Below the pieces are notes generated by a model that saw nothing but the letters and a program-made list of their open reading frames with translations, was not told the DNA's origin and did no database searches. Of a stretch of DNA of 64,000 nt, positions 39,944 through 52,300 are shown piece by piece. The position numbers and the translations under genes were made by a program. Within the stretch, counting starts at the first letter, position 1. Each line of letters opens with the position of its first letter. Source of the stretch: Paragordius varius (lineage: Eukaryota; Animalia; Nematomorpha); NCBI GenBank assembly GCA_964247055.1, contig OZ176054.1:9610001-9674000 (forward strand), in the 5' to 3' direction.

Positions 39944-42900
39944 CTATTAAAAAATAACGTTTAATTAGTTTAAAATAAAAAGGAATTAATTTCTGAGTGC
40001 TTTATTTTCTATTGATTGATATTTTAATTGCTTATATTTAAAACTGTCAATAAATAGTGTGTTACATTTTGAGTCAAAATTGCATTCTGAAATTTAGTTA
40101 CTTATGGATTAAAAACCACCAGCTCATAGAATCCGAAAAATGGGGATCTCTTTGCATATGGAAACGCCAAAACTCATTTTTAAATGGCAGTTTTTAGAAT
40201 GGTTTTCCATATTATTTATATGTAAAAATAGCAGGTGTAAGTAACTACATGATATATATATATAATATTATCTCAATTCGTGTAGATAGTATACATAAGG
40301 GTATTTAAAAATCAAAGGTTTTGTTTAAACAAATAATTTATTGAATAGGGGGTCATTATTGGTGAGAATTTGAAAATACCACAGTAATTTAATATATGGA
40401 CATGAAGGTTATTTTTGAAAATAAAAACAATGATTTATATGGTTCAGTACCTTAAGGTGGATAAAAATTTTCAAAACATTTGTATTAACAATAAAGCCGT
40501 TACATGAATTTTTATTTAAACAATATTTTTATCCATGTCAAAATACCGCATAACCAAAAACCATTTGATAAAATAATGGTGTCAACATAAATAAAAAACC
40601 CTATCACAAAAACTCTTTTAAAACAGATGACTGCAAATATAGGCTTTTCAGCATAGTTTGAAACCAAAACGACCCCTAATTATTTTTTTAATACCTTTTT
40701 GGCCCAAAACATGAAGGAAAATAATTAAGATAATAACCACCTCATATCAAATATAAATATAAAACTTATTGTATTAGTTTAGATTAGAAATTATTTGTTA
40801 ACATTACGGCATATAAGATAAATATGTTTAACAATATCTCTCATAAATAGGTATTTCCAGGTTAGTGTAACACAAATAATTTGATAAGTGGCTAATAATA
40901 AATTAAATATAATCTCTTATTGCTATTTTTCAGTTAATAACTAATATAAAATAAATGAATTTATTTAAATATTGATATTAAGTAATAAAGACATACTCTA
41001 CCATCAAATTATTTTATTCCAACCTGCCTTAAAGTTAAGGTGTCTGAAATCTTGAATTAATACCGCAGACTTTGCCATTCTTTTTCTTAAAAACCATAAC
41101 TTTAATAACCACCTTTTTAATAAATACAGGAATACAGAGATAATCACCCTAACCAACAAGAACAAGTGTTTTTAAGAAATATTTACTAAAAAATAATATA
41201 AAATATTAGAAAAGATTAAAAACTTACTGGACACCGCTGTTTAGCTTAGCTAAAATGAATTCAAATATATACCGTTCTTCCTCATATTGGGAATTTTAAT
41301 TGTTTTAATTTAATGAAAAGCGTGACAATGGTCCATTTTATACTGGATATATAAAACATTTAGTGTATTAATTCTATGTTCCACTAATTTAAGAGGACTC
41401 TGTAAATTTAAAAAGGTATTTTAATTTTGCGTTGTAAATGGGAATTTTTTATTTAAGTCATTTAATTCATATTACTCGATTTTTTCATAAAAAATTTGAT
41501 ATAGGATATAAGTATACTTGCTATGTGGGTCATTATAGGTAATTCCTCGAATCCACTAAAATAAATGTAAATAAAGTGCTGAATATGTAATAAATGCTAT
41601 TAACTAAAAATTTAATTGTAAAAATGTTATTTTATACGGATGCAAGCAAACGTTCATTAACATTATTTATGATAATTATTAATTAGGTAAATGATATACT
41701 TAAAACGGGCACCCTAGTGAGAATTTCGTGTCTGACACATTTTGCAAGTATGCGCATGTTTGGATAACATTGTCTTTGCATCTCCATTTTTTGAAAATTT
41801 ATTAGTTTTCTGTATAAACATTTCCAAATATATACCAGACTTTACCTTATAAATATCACAAAAAAGTGTCATTTTAGCGACATTGTTTGGAAGATTCATT
41901 GAAAATTCACACGGTTATAAAAAATTAACATAATTGGGTATTTTTAGTCAAACATTTCAGAACACGGGTCATGAATACGTGTATTAATGAATTTTTAATA
42001 TAATTTATAAATTTATTAATATCTGCATATTTGCAAATAAGATGTGATGGGCTTTCCCCTTTTTCGTTCTTATGAAAAAGCGATCTGAATTGAATTAATA
42101 TTAAATGACGATATATTTTGTGAGTCAAGATAGATATTAAATGGGTAGAATATAAATTAACGCAAATAAAAAATGTATCTGTGATCACGAAATTTATTTT
42201 GACGTTAAAAAAAATCATTCTGACATAATATGCATCTTACTAAAACATCCTTAAACCCCGATACAAGGAACCAAACAAATTAATTTACAATCTTTTAGGT
42301 CATCCTCACCATTTTCTTACCAAATCCTTTACATCAATTTCGGCAAAAATATAAAAATGTATAAAAGCATGCTTAAAATTGTGTAAATGAGCCGAAGAAT
42401 GACTAAAATAAGGTAAGTATCATCTATCTTTAAATACTTCTTATCAAAATTGTTTAAGTAACATTAGGCTTTTATCAAAAAATTTTTAATGCTTTCTCAG
42501 ATATTCCATTATAATGAAAGGAGCTAATAATATCTCTTGATTTTAAATAGGTATTTGATTTTTGATTATGCTTGAAATTTTTATTAGACACATACTTCAC
42601 CCGGAGAAAGATGTTAATTTTAAAATCAATGCATAAAAAGCTTACAATAATACAAAACATGGCACAGCTTGCCAATGAATCAAGGTTCTTAGCTTAGCAG
42701 TTAGCATAAAATTGGGGTCTTGTGCGCTGTTCCACCATTTTTATATAACAAAAATCAATTAAAAGGGTAGAGTCTATTCTAAATTTAATAAAAAAATATT
42801 TAGTTTGTGTAAATATTAAATTATTAACTCTAGATAAATAAAATTATAAATAGAATTTAATTCAATAAATGTAAAACACAGAATTTGGATTATATTTAAT

Positions 42901-43197
42901 TTCTGAAAATTTTGGCCGCTTGGCAACCCTTGTTAAAAGTCTACATCAGAGGTGTCCAACACAAACATCTTCGCGGTTGCATTGATAAATTTTTATATAT
43001 TTATTTTTTTTAAGCCAAATTTTTGATGATATATCTTGTAAATAATCGTAAATTTTTGATTTCCAATTTTTATTTTTTAACATTTTTAAATCACCTTTGT
43101 GTATCAATTTTAAAATATATTTTTTTTATTCAAATTAATAATATTTATTTTTTTCGAATTTATATCATATCATTATACACTTTGCTTCCTACTCCTA

Positions 43198-43409
43198 CTG
43201 CCAACATTATCAAAAAGACAAATTAATACCACAAATCGGTAGCTTATACGTTTACTCCAGAAAATTAAGGTAATAAAATATTTTTTATACTAATATTTTA
43301 GTTATATTACCTGCCAACATTATCAAAAACAAATTAATACCACAAATCGGTAGCTTAGACGTTTACTCCAGAAAATTAAGGTAATATAATATTTTTTTAT
43401 ACTGATATT
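43198..43409. repeat. About 100-bp direct tandem duplication (period 113) upstream of the hAT transposase
   Basis: CTGCCAACATTATCAAAAA..CAAATTAATACCACAAATCGGTAGCTTA.ACGTTTACTCCAGAAAATTAAGGTAAT occurs at 43198 and 43311. Confidence 0.9.
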
Positions 43410-43420
43410 AGTTTAAAAAT

Positions 43421-45148
43421 ATGAGCACAAAAAGAGGTTGTAAATTAAACGATAAATTAATGAAAGAATTTCCTTTTATCAAAAAAAAACGAAGAATGAA
43501 TCATTCATGGCGGCAAGCATGATATTACAAATCATATACAAACACAGAAACATAAAAAATGTTTAGATATGGCGGCATCATCTTACAAAAGCGATTTATA
43601 TCGAAAACCGCTTTTAGAGAGGAAGAAAAAAATTTGGCACTAGCCAAAGGCGTTTTATCTTTTCACGCCGTTAATCACAATAATTGCTTTAGATCTATGG
43701 ATTGTACCTCACAGGTTTCGTACCTTATTCAATAAAAAATATACATGTGCCCTTACAAAGGCTGAAGCCATTGTATGCAATGTCCTTTACCACATGCATT
43801 TTCTGAAATACTAAAAGATTTGCAAAAAATTAATTTCATATCGCTATACTCTGATGCATTAAATCACAAACAATTATTTCCCACTTTAATAAAATATTTT
43901 GATTTAGAAACCGGAGTAAAAATTAAAATTGTAGATTTTATTTCTCTACCCGGTGAAAATTCCGACATAATTTTTATTTCAATAATGAATATTCTAGAAA
44001 AAAATAATTTAAAAGACAAAATCATCGCATATTGCGCTGACAACACCAATACGAACTTCGGTGGAAAAGCAAGGAGGAGAACAAAAGATATTTTTTATTA
44101 TTTAGCACATAATCTTAATCAAAACATTATTGGCGTTGGGTGTGCAGCGCATATGATACACAACGCTATTTAAACAGCTGCTGATTTGTGGCCCCTAGAT
44201 TTTTATAAACACATTAGAAACGCTTAAGGAATTTTGTGAAAAAGCAGAAGTTCAAGCAAAAAATGCTTGGATATTGAACTCGTTGGTTAGCTCTTCTGCC
44301 AGCTATCGAAAGAATTTTAAAATTGTAAGATCCTTTAAAATCCTATTTTTTATCACAGGACAAATGCCCTTTAACTTTGGAAATTTAAAAATATGGTTAG
44401 AGTTCCTACATAATATGCTTCTGTCTTTCAAAATGTTATTAAATCGATAGAGGGTGACAAAATTTGGGCAATCGAAGTAGCCAATAAAGTTAGTAACCTA
44501 AATTCCAATGTCAAGAACGGTTAGAAAATAACTTTATACCATTAACCATCCGCAATATAATAAATAATTTAAAAAAACAAGGCTTAATAAATCGCCAAGA
44601 TATCCTGTACCATATAAAAATGTTTTATACAAACTGTAAAGATTATTTGATCATTTTCATTGGATAACATTAAAATCAGAATTTAATTGGTGCGATGTTC
44701 AAAAATCATTTGATTATATCTGCTCCCAAAAATTCTCAAAAAGTAGTCTTTCAGAAAATGATCTTTTTTCTGAAGTATCATTAGTTAAAAGATATATATT
44801 AATAATGAAAACTTAAATTATGGACAAAAGAAAAGTATACAGTAAAAAAGAAATGGTTGGAAATATTTCATCATTTTGAAGCCAACTATATTACATACAA
44901 TAATATTTTAAAATTGTGGAATTCGCACTATCTTTATGTGGAGCCAACGCTGTTACTGAGCGCGTTTTTTCTACAGTAAATCAGGTGGGGACATCGGAAA
45001 AATCAAATTTAAATGTTGAAACTTTAAGGCCGTTTTATCTGTCAAATATAATTTGACAAATTCTTGTGAAGACTTCTACAATATTTTAAAAAATGATGAC
45101 AATCTGCTAAAACGCATTCACTCAAACAAAAAATATACCAAAGAATAA
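43421..45148 (+). pseudogene. Decayed hAT-superfamily transposase
   Basis: MSTKRGCKLND..., HGGKHDITNHIQTQKH (BED-like), SFRSMDCTS-type motif, SLYSDA, ADNTNTNFGG, GVGCAAHMIHN (CxxH), ANAVTERVFS (dimerisation region). Many frameshifts and stops; TIRs not identified. Confidence 0.88.
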
Positions 45149-46786
45149 AATATTTTCTTATATTTATAAAGTTTTTATGTTAAAAAATAAACAAAATTAC
45201 TTAAAATATTGTATACTTCATAATTTGTCAAATTATATTCGAACACATAAAATGGCTTTTATTCAACATTTAAATTTGATTCCGTGTCCTTACTTAATTT
45301 ACTATGGAAAAACGCGTTCGATAGCAGTGGTTCAGGTAAAGATAAGGCAAATTCTACAATTAAAATATTATTGTATGGTACATAATTTGTTTAAAAATGA
45401 TTATTTTAACCATTTCTATCCTACGTATTTTTTTCTATTGTCCATAATATAAGTTTTCATTCAATATATTTATTTATTAATGAAACTCCATAAAAAAGTG
45501 TCATTGTGCACTTCTTATCTTCCAAATAATCGTTTCTGTTTGTATAAAACATTTTTATATTCTGGCTATTCATTGAGCCTTGTTTTTCTGGATGCTTTAT
45601 TATATTGCGATTAGGTAATGGTATAAAATTATTTTCTAATCTTTTTTGACTTGGAATTTTGACCTTTGTCCTGTGATAACAAATAGGATTCTAGGAGATC
45701 ACATTTTTAAATATTTCAATCGCTGGCAAAAGAGCTAACCAACAGTTCTACAATATCCAAGCATTTTAACATCTATATTTTCCACATCCAGGGGTAACAA
45801 ATCAGTAGCTGTTTGAATAGGGTTGTGTTCCTGCCAATGTTTTAATTAAGATTATTATCTAAATTGTTAAAAATATTTTTTGTGCCGCTTCTTACATCAC
45901 CCATCGCACTTTGTGATGATTTCGTCTTTATTATTTTTTTCTAGAATATTACAATCACTTCACCCTTTGTTCGTGCACATGTAAATTTATTGAATAAGGT
46001 ACAAACAACCGGTAAGGTACAAATTTTTTTATATTTATAATGTATTTGTGTGAATGAATAAATATTACAATAAATTTTTTGTATAAAAATTTTTGGTTGT
46101 ACTCCCCAATGACCCCCCCTTCTCGGATTTGTCCCGTTTTTTCCTTCAAAAAATTCACCTTACGCATACATAAACACTTAGCCTACTCAAAAATGGTTTA
46201 CAAAAATTAAAAACATACATTACTTCTATAAAAATCTCCATTTATGTTTTAAATATTATGCATTCTTTTTATTGACAACCTAATGCGATTTATGAATTTA
46301 TACTTTTGAAAGATGTATTAGCTTATATAAAATAAATTTTAAAAATTTTGAAAATAAGAAAATTAGACCGATGCAAACAATATCGACACATCACAATATA
46401 ATTAACCAATTAAATCGATAAAATAAATATGGTTTTGGGTTAGAAGCTAGGCTTTCTTTTTCGGGCCCTAATTAGACCCAATCCACACCGGAATAAAAAT
46501 CTGGAGGCAGAACCGGAGACCCTACGCAATAAATTTCAAGTTTTATTTTCAGTATTTTTGTCACATCGTATATGGTTAGACAAAAATGCTTCTTGATGAA
46601 TCTTAAAATTTTCGTACATACTAACCTTTACCCCATTATTTTATAATTGATGCATAATCGATAAGAAACACATGATTTATAATCTACCATTCAACAATCA
46701 TTACATTAATGATTTGATTCGTAATGTGATTATTGATGATAAATACTATTATAAATGAAGTGAAGAGCACATTTATGCTATAATGT

Positions 46787-49291
46787 ATGAACCATATAAA
46801 TCCAAAAATTTATTTAATTATATGGTTTATTGTTGTATTGGTTAATATTGAGTTAACTGACAAAACTCTTCCTAGCATTTTAAATAATACTGCACCAATC
46901 AATGGGATGTGTGAATGGAAATTCAAAGGCACCCTATTACATTGTTTCAATCCAAATGATAACTCCACAAATTTTACATTAGGACTCAAAGATTTTTTAC
47001 ACATTTTATATGGGCAAGGCGATGAAACAGCTATGGATGTGGTGATAGAGAACCTACCATTATTTCATAGGAGATTGGGTGCTTGTAATCGGATTAGCAT
47101 GCTTAAACTTACGGGTGTTATGGATAAAACGTTACCCATACTAAGTGATTCGCTTGCCTCTCCCATTTGTAAACAGGGAGAGAGGTTTATGTTAAATCGT
47201 TTAATTATCTATAATCATACACTTAAGGTTTTAAACTATAACCTTACTGCATTCCGTAATTTGTTGGAGCTGCATATAGTGCATGGTACTTTACAGATGA
47301 TAGAAAAAAATTATTTTACAAACACAAAAATTAAATGGCTAAACCTAGAAGATAATATGATAGAAAGATTGGATGAGCATTCATTTTGGAATATGTCAAA
47401 CTTATATAATTTAAATTTGGCAGATAATCTGATTAAAAAATTACCAAATAATTTATTCAATCAGTACAATAATATCATGATATTAAATTTGCGTAACAAT
47501 AAAATTAGATGCCTGGATCCCATAATATTTCAAAACTTGGATTACTTAAAATATTTGGATATTTCGCAAAATAACCTAACAACGCTTGAGACTAGTTTAA
47601 TTTTTAATCCCAATACTGTGGCTTTACAGTTATTAATATATTTAAACGTATCGCACAACCAAATTGAACGATTAAATATTAGTCAAGTAAATCCATTTAT
47701 CATCAATTTCGATTTAAAAGAAAATCCACTGAGTGAAATTATTGGCTTAGATTTTATTATTCTCCTTGAAAGAACTTTTTTAAAAATCATAAACCCTGAG
47801 AAAACCAGTCTAATGGATGTAAACAGCCAAAAACTCATGTGTGATTGTAAAATAGGGGTGTTAATAAATTCTACTAACCACTGGCCCGATGCAAAATGTA
47901 ACTCTCCCCATGGTTTATTGGGTAAATATGTGAAAGATATAAAGTTTCAAATGATGTGTAACACATATGCCACAAATGTCAGAAATATTTCTACGAATGA
48001 TAACAAAACAAATAAACCATTTTTATGTATGATTGATAAAGAAAACACTTCATTAATGTGTGTTAATGCTTCGTTAACATATATTACACTGTATATGGCA
48101 AAAAGACCAAAGACCATACGATACATTTGGTTAAAAAATGTTACCAAGGATGATCCTGTCGTAATTCTCGACAAAGAGAGTTTTTTTCGAGGTGCTCAAT
48201 ACCTATATTGGATTGATACAAAAGAATCTATACAGCCATTAGGTATTATACTGAAATTGACTTGCAATTTAACTGCCTTAGCTATAAATTATAATAATCT
48301 AGAAGATTTATCCCAAATAACAGGTGTTTTGTGTAATAAAGGAATTCAATTAACTGAGTTACAGTCCCACCATAATCAATTTTTATCGTTAAATCGAGAA
48401 TCGTTCGGTAGCTTGACGTCTATAAAAACCATAAATGTATCATGGAATAAAATTCGAATAGTGGCTTCCGATACATTGCAGAGTCTAATTAAGTTAAAGG
48501 TTTTAGATCTAAGTCACAATCAAATAAGGGTGATAAGCGAGATCAAATTCCCAAATTCCATAAACATTATATATCTGGATCATAATGCAATCGAAAAGAT
48601 ATCATTCGATTTCCTTGGATACGTAGGCCGTTACATAACACTGAATGGGAACCCTTTAATTTGTCCCACCAAAAATTTCAATAATGACATGCCTGATTAT
48701 TTCGATAAAAATCTCATTTTTTTTGCCAATACAGTTAGTGAAGGACAGAATAGCAGGCTTTTTAAACCGACCTGTTTGATAGATTGTGGTGATTATAATA
48801 CAACGCAACCATATGCCATACTAAATGACATCCCTGAAGTGTACTGTAAATTGAAAGGGCCGACACCTACTCCAAAAAGTCTTACCTCTAGCATAGTAAG
48901 TTCAACTCAAAAAACAACAGAAACACTCACGAATAAAAATTTATCCAAGTCGGAAAATTTTGTTGGTCCAGTTAAGCCTGGTTGGATAAAAATAAGTGTG
49001 CGACTATCAGTCCCAATCAGCCTTTTTGTACTATTGATACTCAATATATCATTCTTTGTGATCATTATAGCGTTGGTAACTATCAATTGTTTTGTGCATA
49101 CGGATAAATTATCTCCAATTCCAAACGAAAATAAATCCAATAATAAGGAAACCACAAATGATGTTTCTGAAAAGGTAAATTACACAAATGTACAATCCAA
49201 TAGCGAGCGTAATGATTATTCAGAATCTGAAATACAAAATTATAAAAATTATGAACGTTCTTATGATGGTGGTAGTTTAAATACATATTAA
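46787..49291 (+). CDS. Intronless single-pass LRR receptor-like protein (834 aa), two LRR modules, no TIR domain
   Basis: Signal-peptide-like N-terminus; LxxLxLxxN repeats; LRRCT (NPL..LMCDC..AKCNSPHGLLGK); second LRR block ending in NGNPLICP; Thr/Pro stalk; TM segment LSVPISLFVLLILNISFFVIIIALVTINCFV; about 65-aa tail with six Tyr. Confidence 0.9.
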   Translation: MNHINPKIYLIIWFIVVLVNIELTDKTLPSILNNTAPINGMCEWKFKGTLLHCFNPNDNSTNFTLGLKDFLHILYGQGDETAMDVVIENLPLFHRRLGACNRISMLKLTGVMDKTLPILSDSLASPICKQGERFMLNRLIIYNHTLKVLNYNLTAFRNLLELHIVHGTLQMIEKNYFTNTKIKWLNLEDNMIERLDEHSFWNMSNLYNLNLADNLIKKLPNNLFNQYNNIMILNLRNNKIRCLDPIIFQNLDYLKYLDISQNNLTTLETSLIFNPNTVALQLLIYLNVSHNQIERLNISQVNPFIINFDLKENPLSEIIGLDFIILLERTFLKIINPEKTSLMDVNSQKLMCDCKIGVLINSTNHWPDAKCNSPHGLLGKYVKDIKFQMMCNTYATNVRNISTNDNKTNKPFLCMIDKENTSLMCVNASLTYITLYMAKRPKTIRYIWLKNVTKDDPVVILDKESFFRGAQYLYWIDTKESIQPLGIILKLTCNLTALAINYNNLEDLSQITGVLCNKGIQLTELQSHHNQFLSLNRESFGSLTSIKTINVSWNKIRIVASDTLQSLIKLKVLDLSHNQIRVISEIKFPNSINIIYLDHNAIEKISFDFLGYVGRYITLNGNPLICPTKNFNNDMPDYFDKNLIFFANTVSEGQNSRLFKPTCLIDCGDYNTTQPYAILNDIPEVYCKLKGPTPTPKSLTSSIVSSTQKTTETLTNKNLSKSENFVGPVKPGWIKISVRLSVPISLFVLLILNISFFVIIIALVTINCFVHTDKLSPIPNENKSNNKETTNDVSEKVNYTNVQSNSERNDYSESEIQNYKNYERSYDGGSLNTY

Positions 49292-49375
49292 TTAAATGAT
49301 TACAATCTATAAATATAAGTAATGTATATTTATTATAATAAATAAATTCTTATATAAGCTGATGATAAAATATTG

Positions 49376-52300
49376 TTATAAATATGTTTCATTCCATAAT
49401 TTGAAAATTTTATTTTGTAAATTAACCAATGTATGTTCAGATGTATTAGGTTTTATTTCATGTTGTTTAGCTTGATCATCCCTGGTATGAAATTCTAGGG
49501 TTATATGCCGTAAATTTGGATTGCTTAAAAGTTTATTGTTGCTATCAAAGGTCTCATTTATGGAGGATTGAGTCATAGAAAGTTTAAGCTTTAACTGTTT
49601 TTCAATCTCCAAACAAGCTTCATTAGATTTAAAAGTATCATTTTTACTTATGTTGCATTGTATATCATTTATATTGAGAATCGAACAAAAATGTTCGCCA
49701 ACACTTTGTATAAAATCTTTGAGATTTAGGGTGTTCGAACTCTTTTTAGTGTTATTCACATTTTGGACATAGCTAGGTCCAGCAGAATCTTGCGCATTAA
49801 GCAATGATAAATCATACTCGTTATTTAAGATAGTCAGTACACCATCAATACTGGGACCAAGTAATATATCTTCATTCCCCACATTCTCTTGGGTAGGCTG
49901 GCTAGTAGATAAAAGTTTGTGGAAGTTAAGATTCATTTGATTAGGGGTATAAGACAGATCTAATGAATCATTTGGTAATTTTTTGTATAAGTTAATTTTA
50001 ACACAATCTTCATTGGGTAACTTAAGATTTGTAATAGATTCGTGTTTATTTTTATTATAAGTAAATGTTCTTTCTTCAGAGTTTGAGTTATTAACATTTG
50101 TCTCAATAGAATCTGTTAAGGCAATAATATCATAATGCATTAAGGAAGGCGTATTAGAGGCCGGTTTACCATCTTCAGTTTTAAGATCTGAGGTTGTGGA
50201 TGAAGCAGCTTTTTGTTGAATGTATTCATTGGTGGCTGAAGATGAAAAAGAAAAATAAATTTCTTTTACAGTTAAGGGTAATAATTGTCATAAAAAGAAA
50301 TATCAAAATATTTCTATGTCATTTAAGGTAAAAAGTGTCATAAATAATTTTTAATAAACGCAAATATATCGCCAATGCATAAAGAATATAAACATTTCAG
50401 TAAAAATTTGTTGATAAAATTTTTTTTAATAAACATAATCAATATACATTAGTAAAAGCTTATAATATCTTCTAACCTTATGTATAATATAAAAATATAG
50501 AAAAAAAAACGTATATAACCTTGGACAACGGCATCATAAACAGGTCCATAGGGACAAACTACAGTTTGTTTTGGTTTGCAATCTTTGAGAAGTTTTTTTA
50601 CGTGCGTCGCATTGAAACCCGTATCGATGGGACACCAATGGCATTTAGCATAAATTGGTGCATAAATTGATAAGGCTTGACGATATGCATAGGGTATAAC
50701 AAAGTCCCCTAAAAGATTAAAATTACAATAAAAATATTGTTTCAGGGAACTGATTAGTGTTTTATTGTGGGGGAAAATATATAAAGTAGACCTCGCCCAT
50801 GTGAATGAATATATAAAGCAAATATATACAACATGATCCATTTAAAAATAAAACATATTAATTTATCACCATTCAGTTTTATCCAATAATATATTTATTG
50901 TTTTTGGCTGGCTTCCATCCTAAAGGGTAGTAGGTTTATTGGAAGGGACACTTAACTTTGTTATAAGTCAAAAACTAGGGCATTTTTTGAGATCGGGAAA
51001 ATGCATGATCACTATGTAAATAGTTTAGAGGCGCTCTTTATTTTAAAAAAGATCATTTATGAGGAGGGTCATCGTTGTGGCACAATATAGATTTTCAACA
51101 TTGATTGATTAAATAAAATTATACCATTATCATCTTTGATATTAAATGAATTGGCTTCATCCATGAAACACGCTTGGTCGTTATTTTCCTATTTAAAAAT
51201 ACAAACATTATAAATATTAAATGTATACAGAATAAAAAAACGAATAAATTGGAGAGGTATATTAATATCTGGATATGATAACTGTACACATTTTTTCACA
51301 AAACTTATCAAATAATTTTATAATTATTAGCTTCTCTCTAACTTGTATTTTATCATCCGTAGGGTATATGGTTGGATCAACAAGTATGATAGAATTTTTA
51401 GGATTTCCCTTCCAAACTCTGAGGAATTGAGTTATAGGTCCTAACTTAAGACATGGGTGACCGGCTAAAACTACACAAGGTGTTTTAAATGCCATTGTGG
51501 TATTACTAATATTATTGCTAGCTTTTGTTGCTTTAAGTAGCAATGATCTTTTATTATTATTGCTAGCATTAGATAGGGATGACCCTGTTGAATTAGATGA
51601 TGTCCAAATTTCACTAACCTCATGATAATATTGAAGGGTACCTTGTTCCAACATTAAAGTATGAATAAATGGTTCTTCCGGCACATATACTTTTACCTAA
51701 GTGATTGAAAAAATTATTTTTTTATAATAAATTAGGTAGATTCTATTATATTATATACAGTCTTTTTTTTATAATGGATAAGGACTTAAATTCTATTTTT
51801 GCCAGTGCTGATTACAAAAAATTGCTTAGTTTTAAGATTCGCTTGACATACTTCCACATTAGTGCACGAGTCCGATAACTTACCACAAAAAATTAATAAT
51901 TAAATATTAATCTTCAAATTCAATTTAATATTGTTTTTACTAAATATAATGATTAAATAATATATATAAATGATAAATATTAATAATTATATTAAAAAAT
52001 AAATGCTTTAGGCCTTAAATTAACGTTCAAATCTATACAAAGTATAATTATACCCAGAGTATATTATAAAAAATAAATTGAATCTTTTCAAATTTGGTTA
52101 GAATTTTATTTCTAGATGGGCTAAATTTTGTATCAAGATTAAACAAATTAGCTAACAATAAAATCATTTTATATATTAATTCATCGTAATAAATAAAATT
52201 GTATTTAACGCAAAATAACAGTAAATAGGACGGAACATATAAAATGATGTAAGCCCGTAGTCAATAGTGTCGCAGCTAACAATAATAATTTTTGTTTTCT

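Noticed and set aside
41228-41272. A 23-nt GT-AG segment (41250-41272) followed by a 22-nt micro-exon with a GTAAGT donor, next to the candidate first exon of the orphan gene
   Set aside because: Including it ends in phase 2, while the next exon (39943) needs phase 1, and the alternative frame has a stop. It is not supported as coding, but worth checking in RNA-seq.
50830-51110. Less AT-rich INTS9 intron segment (hidden exon or C/D snoRNA?)
   Set aside because: All frames close quickly, the neighbouring exons already join in phase, and the box C/D motifs are poor.
51800-51890. GC-richer intronic stretch with an Sm-site-like AATTTTTTG and a GTATGT donor (snRNA or micro-exon?)
   Set aside because: The flanking INTS9 exons join without a gap (WLSPAKQ|VKVY), and there is no resemblance to U1/U2/U4/U5 or a convincing 3' stem.
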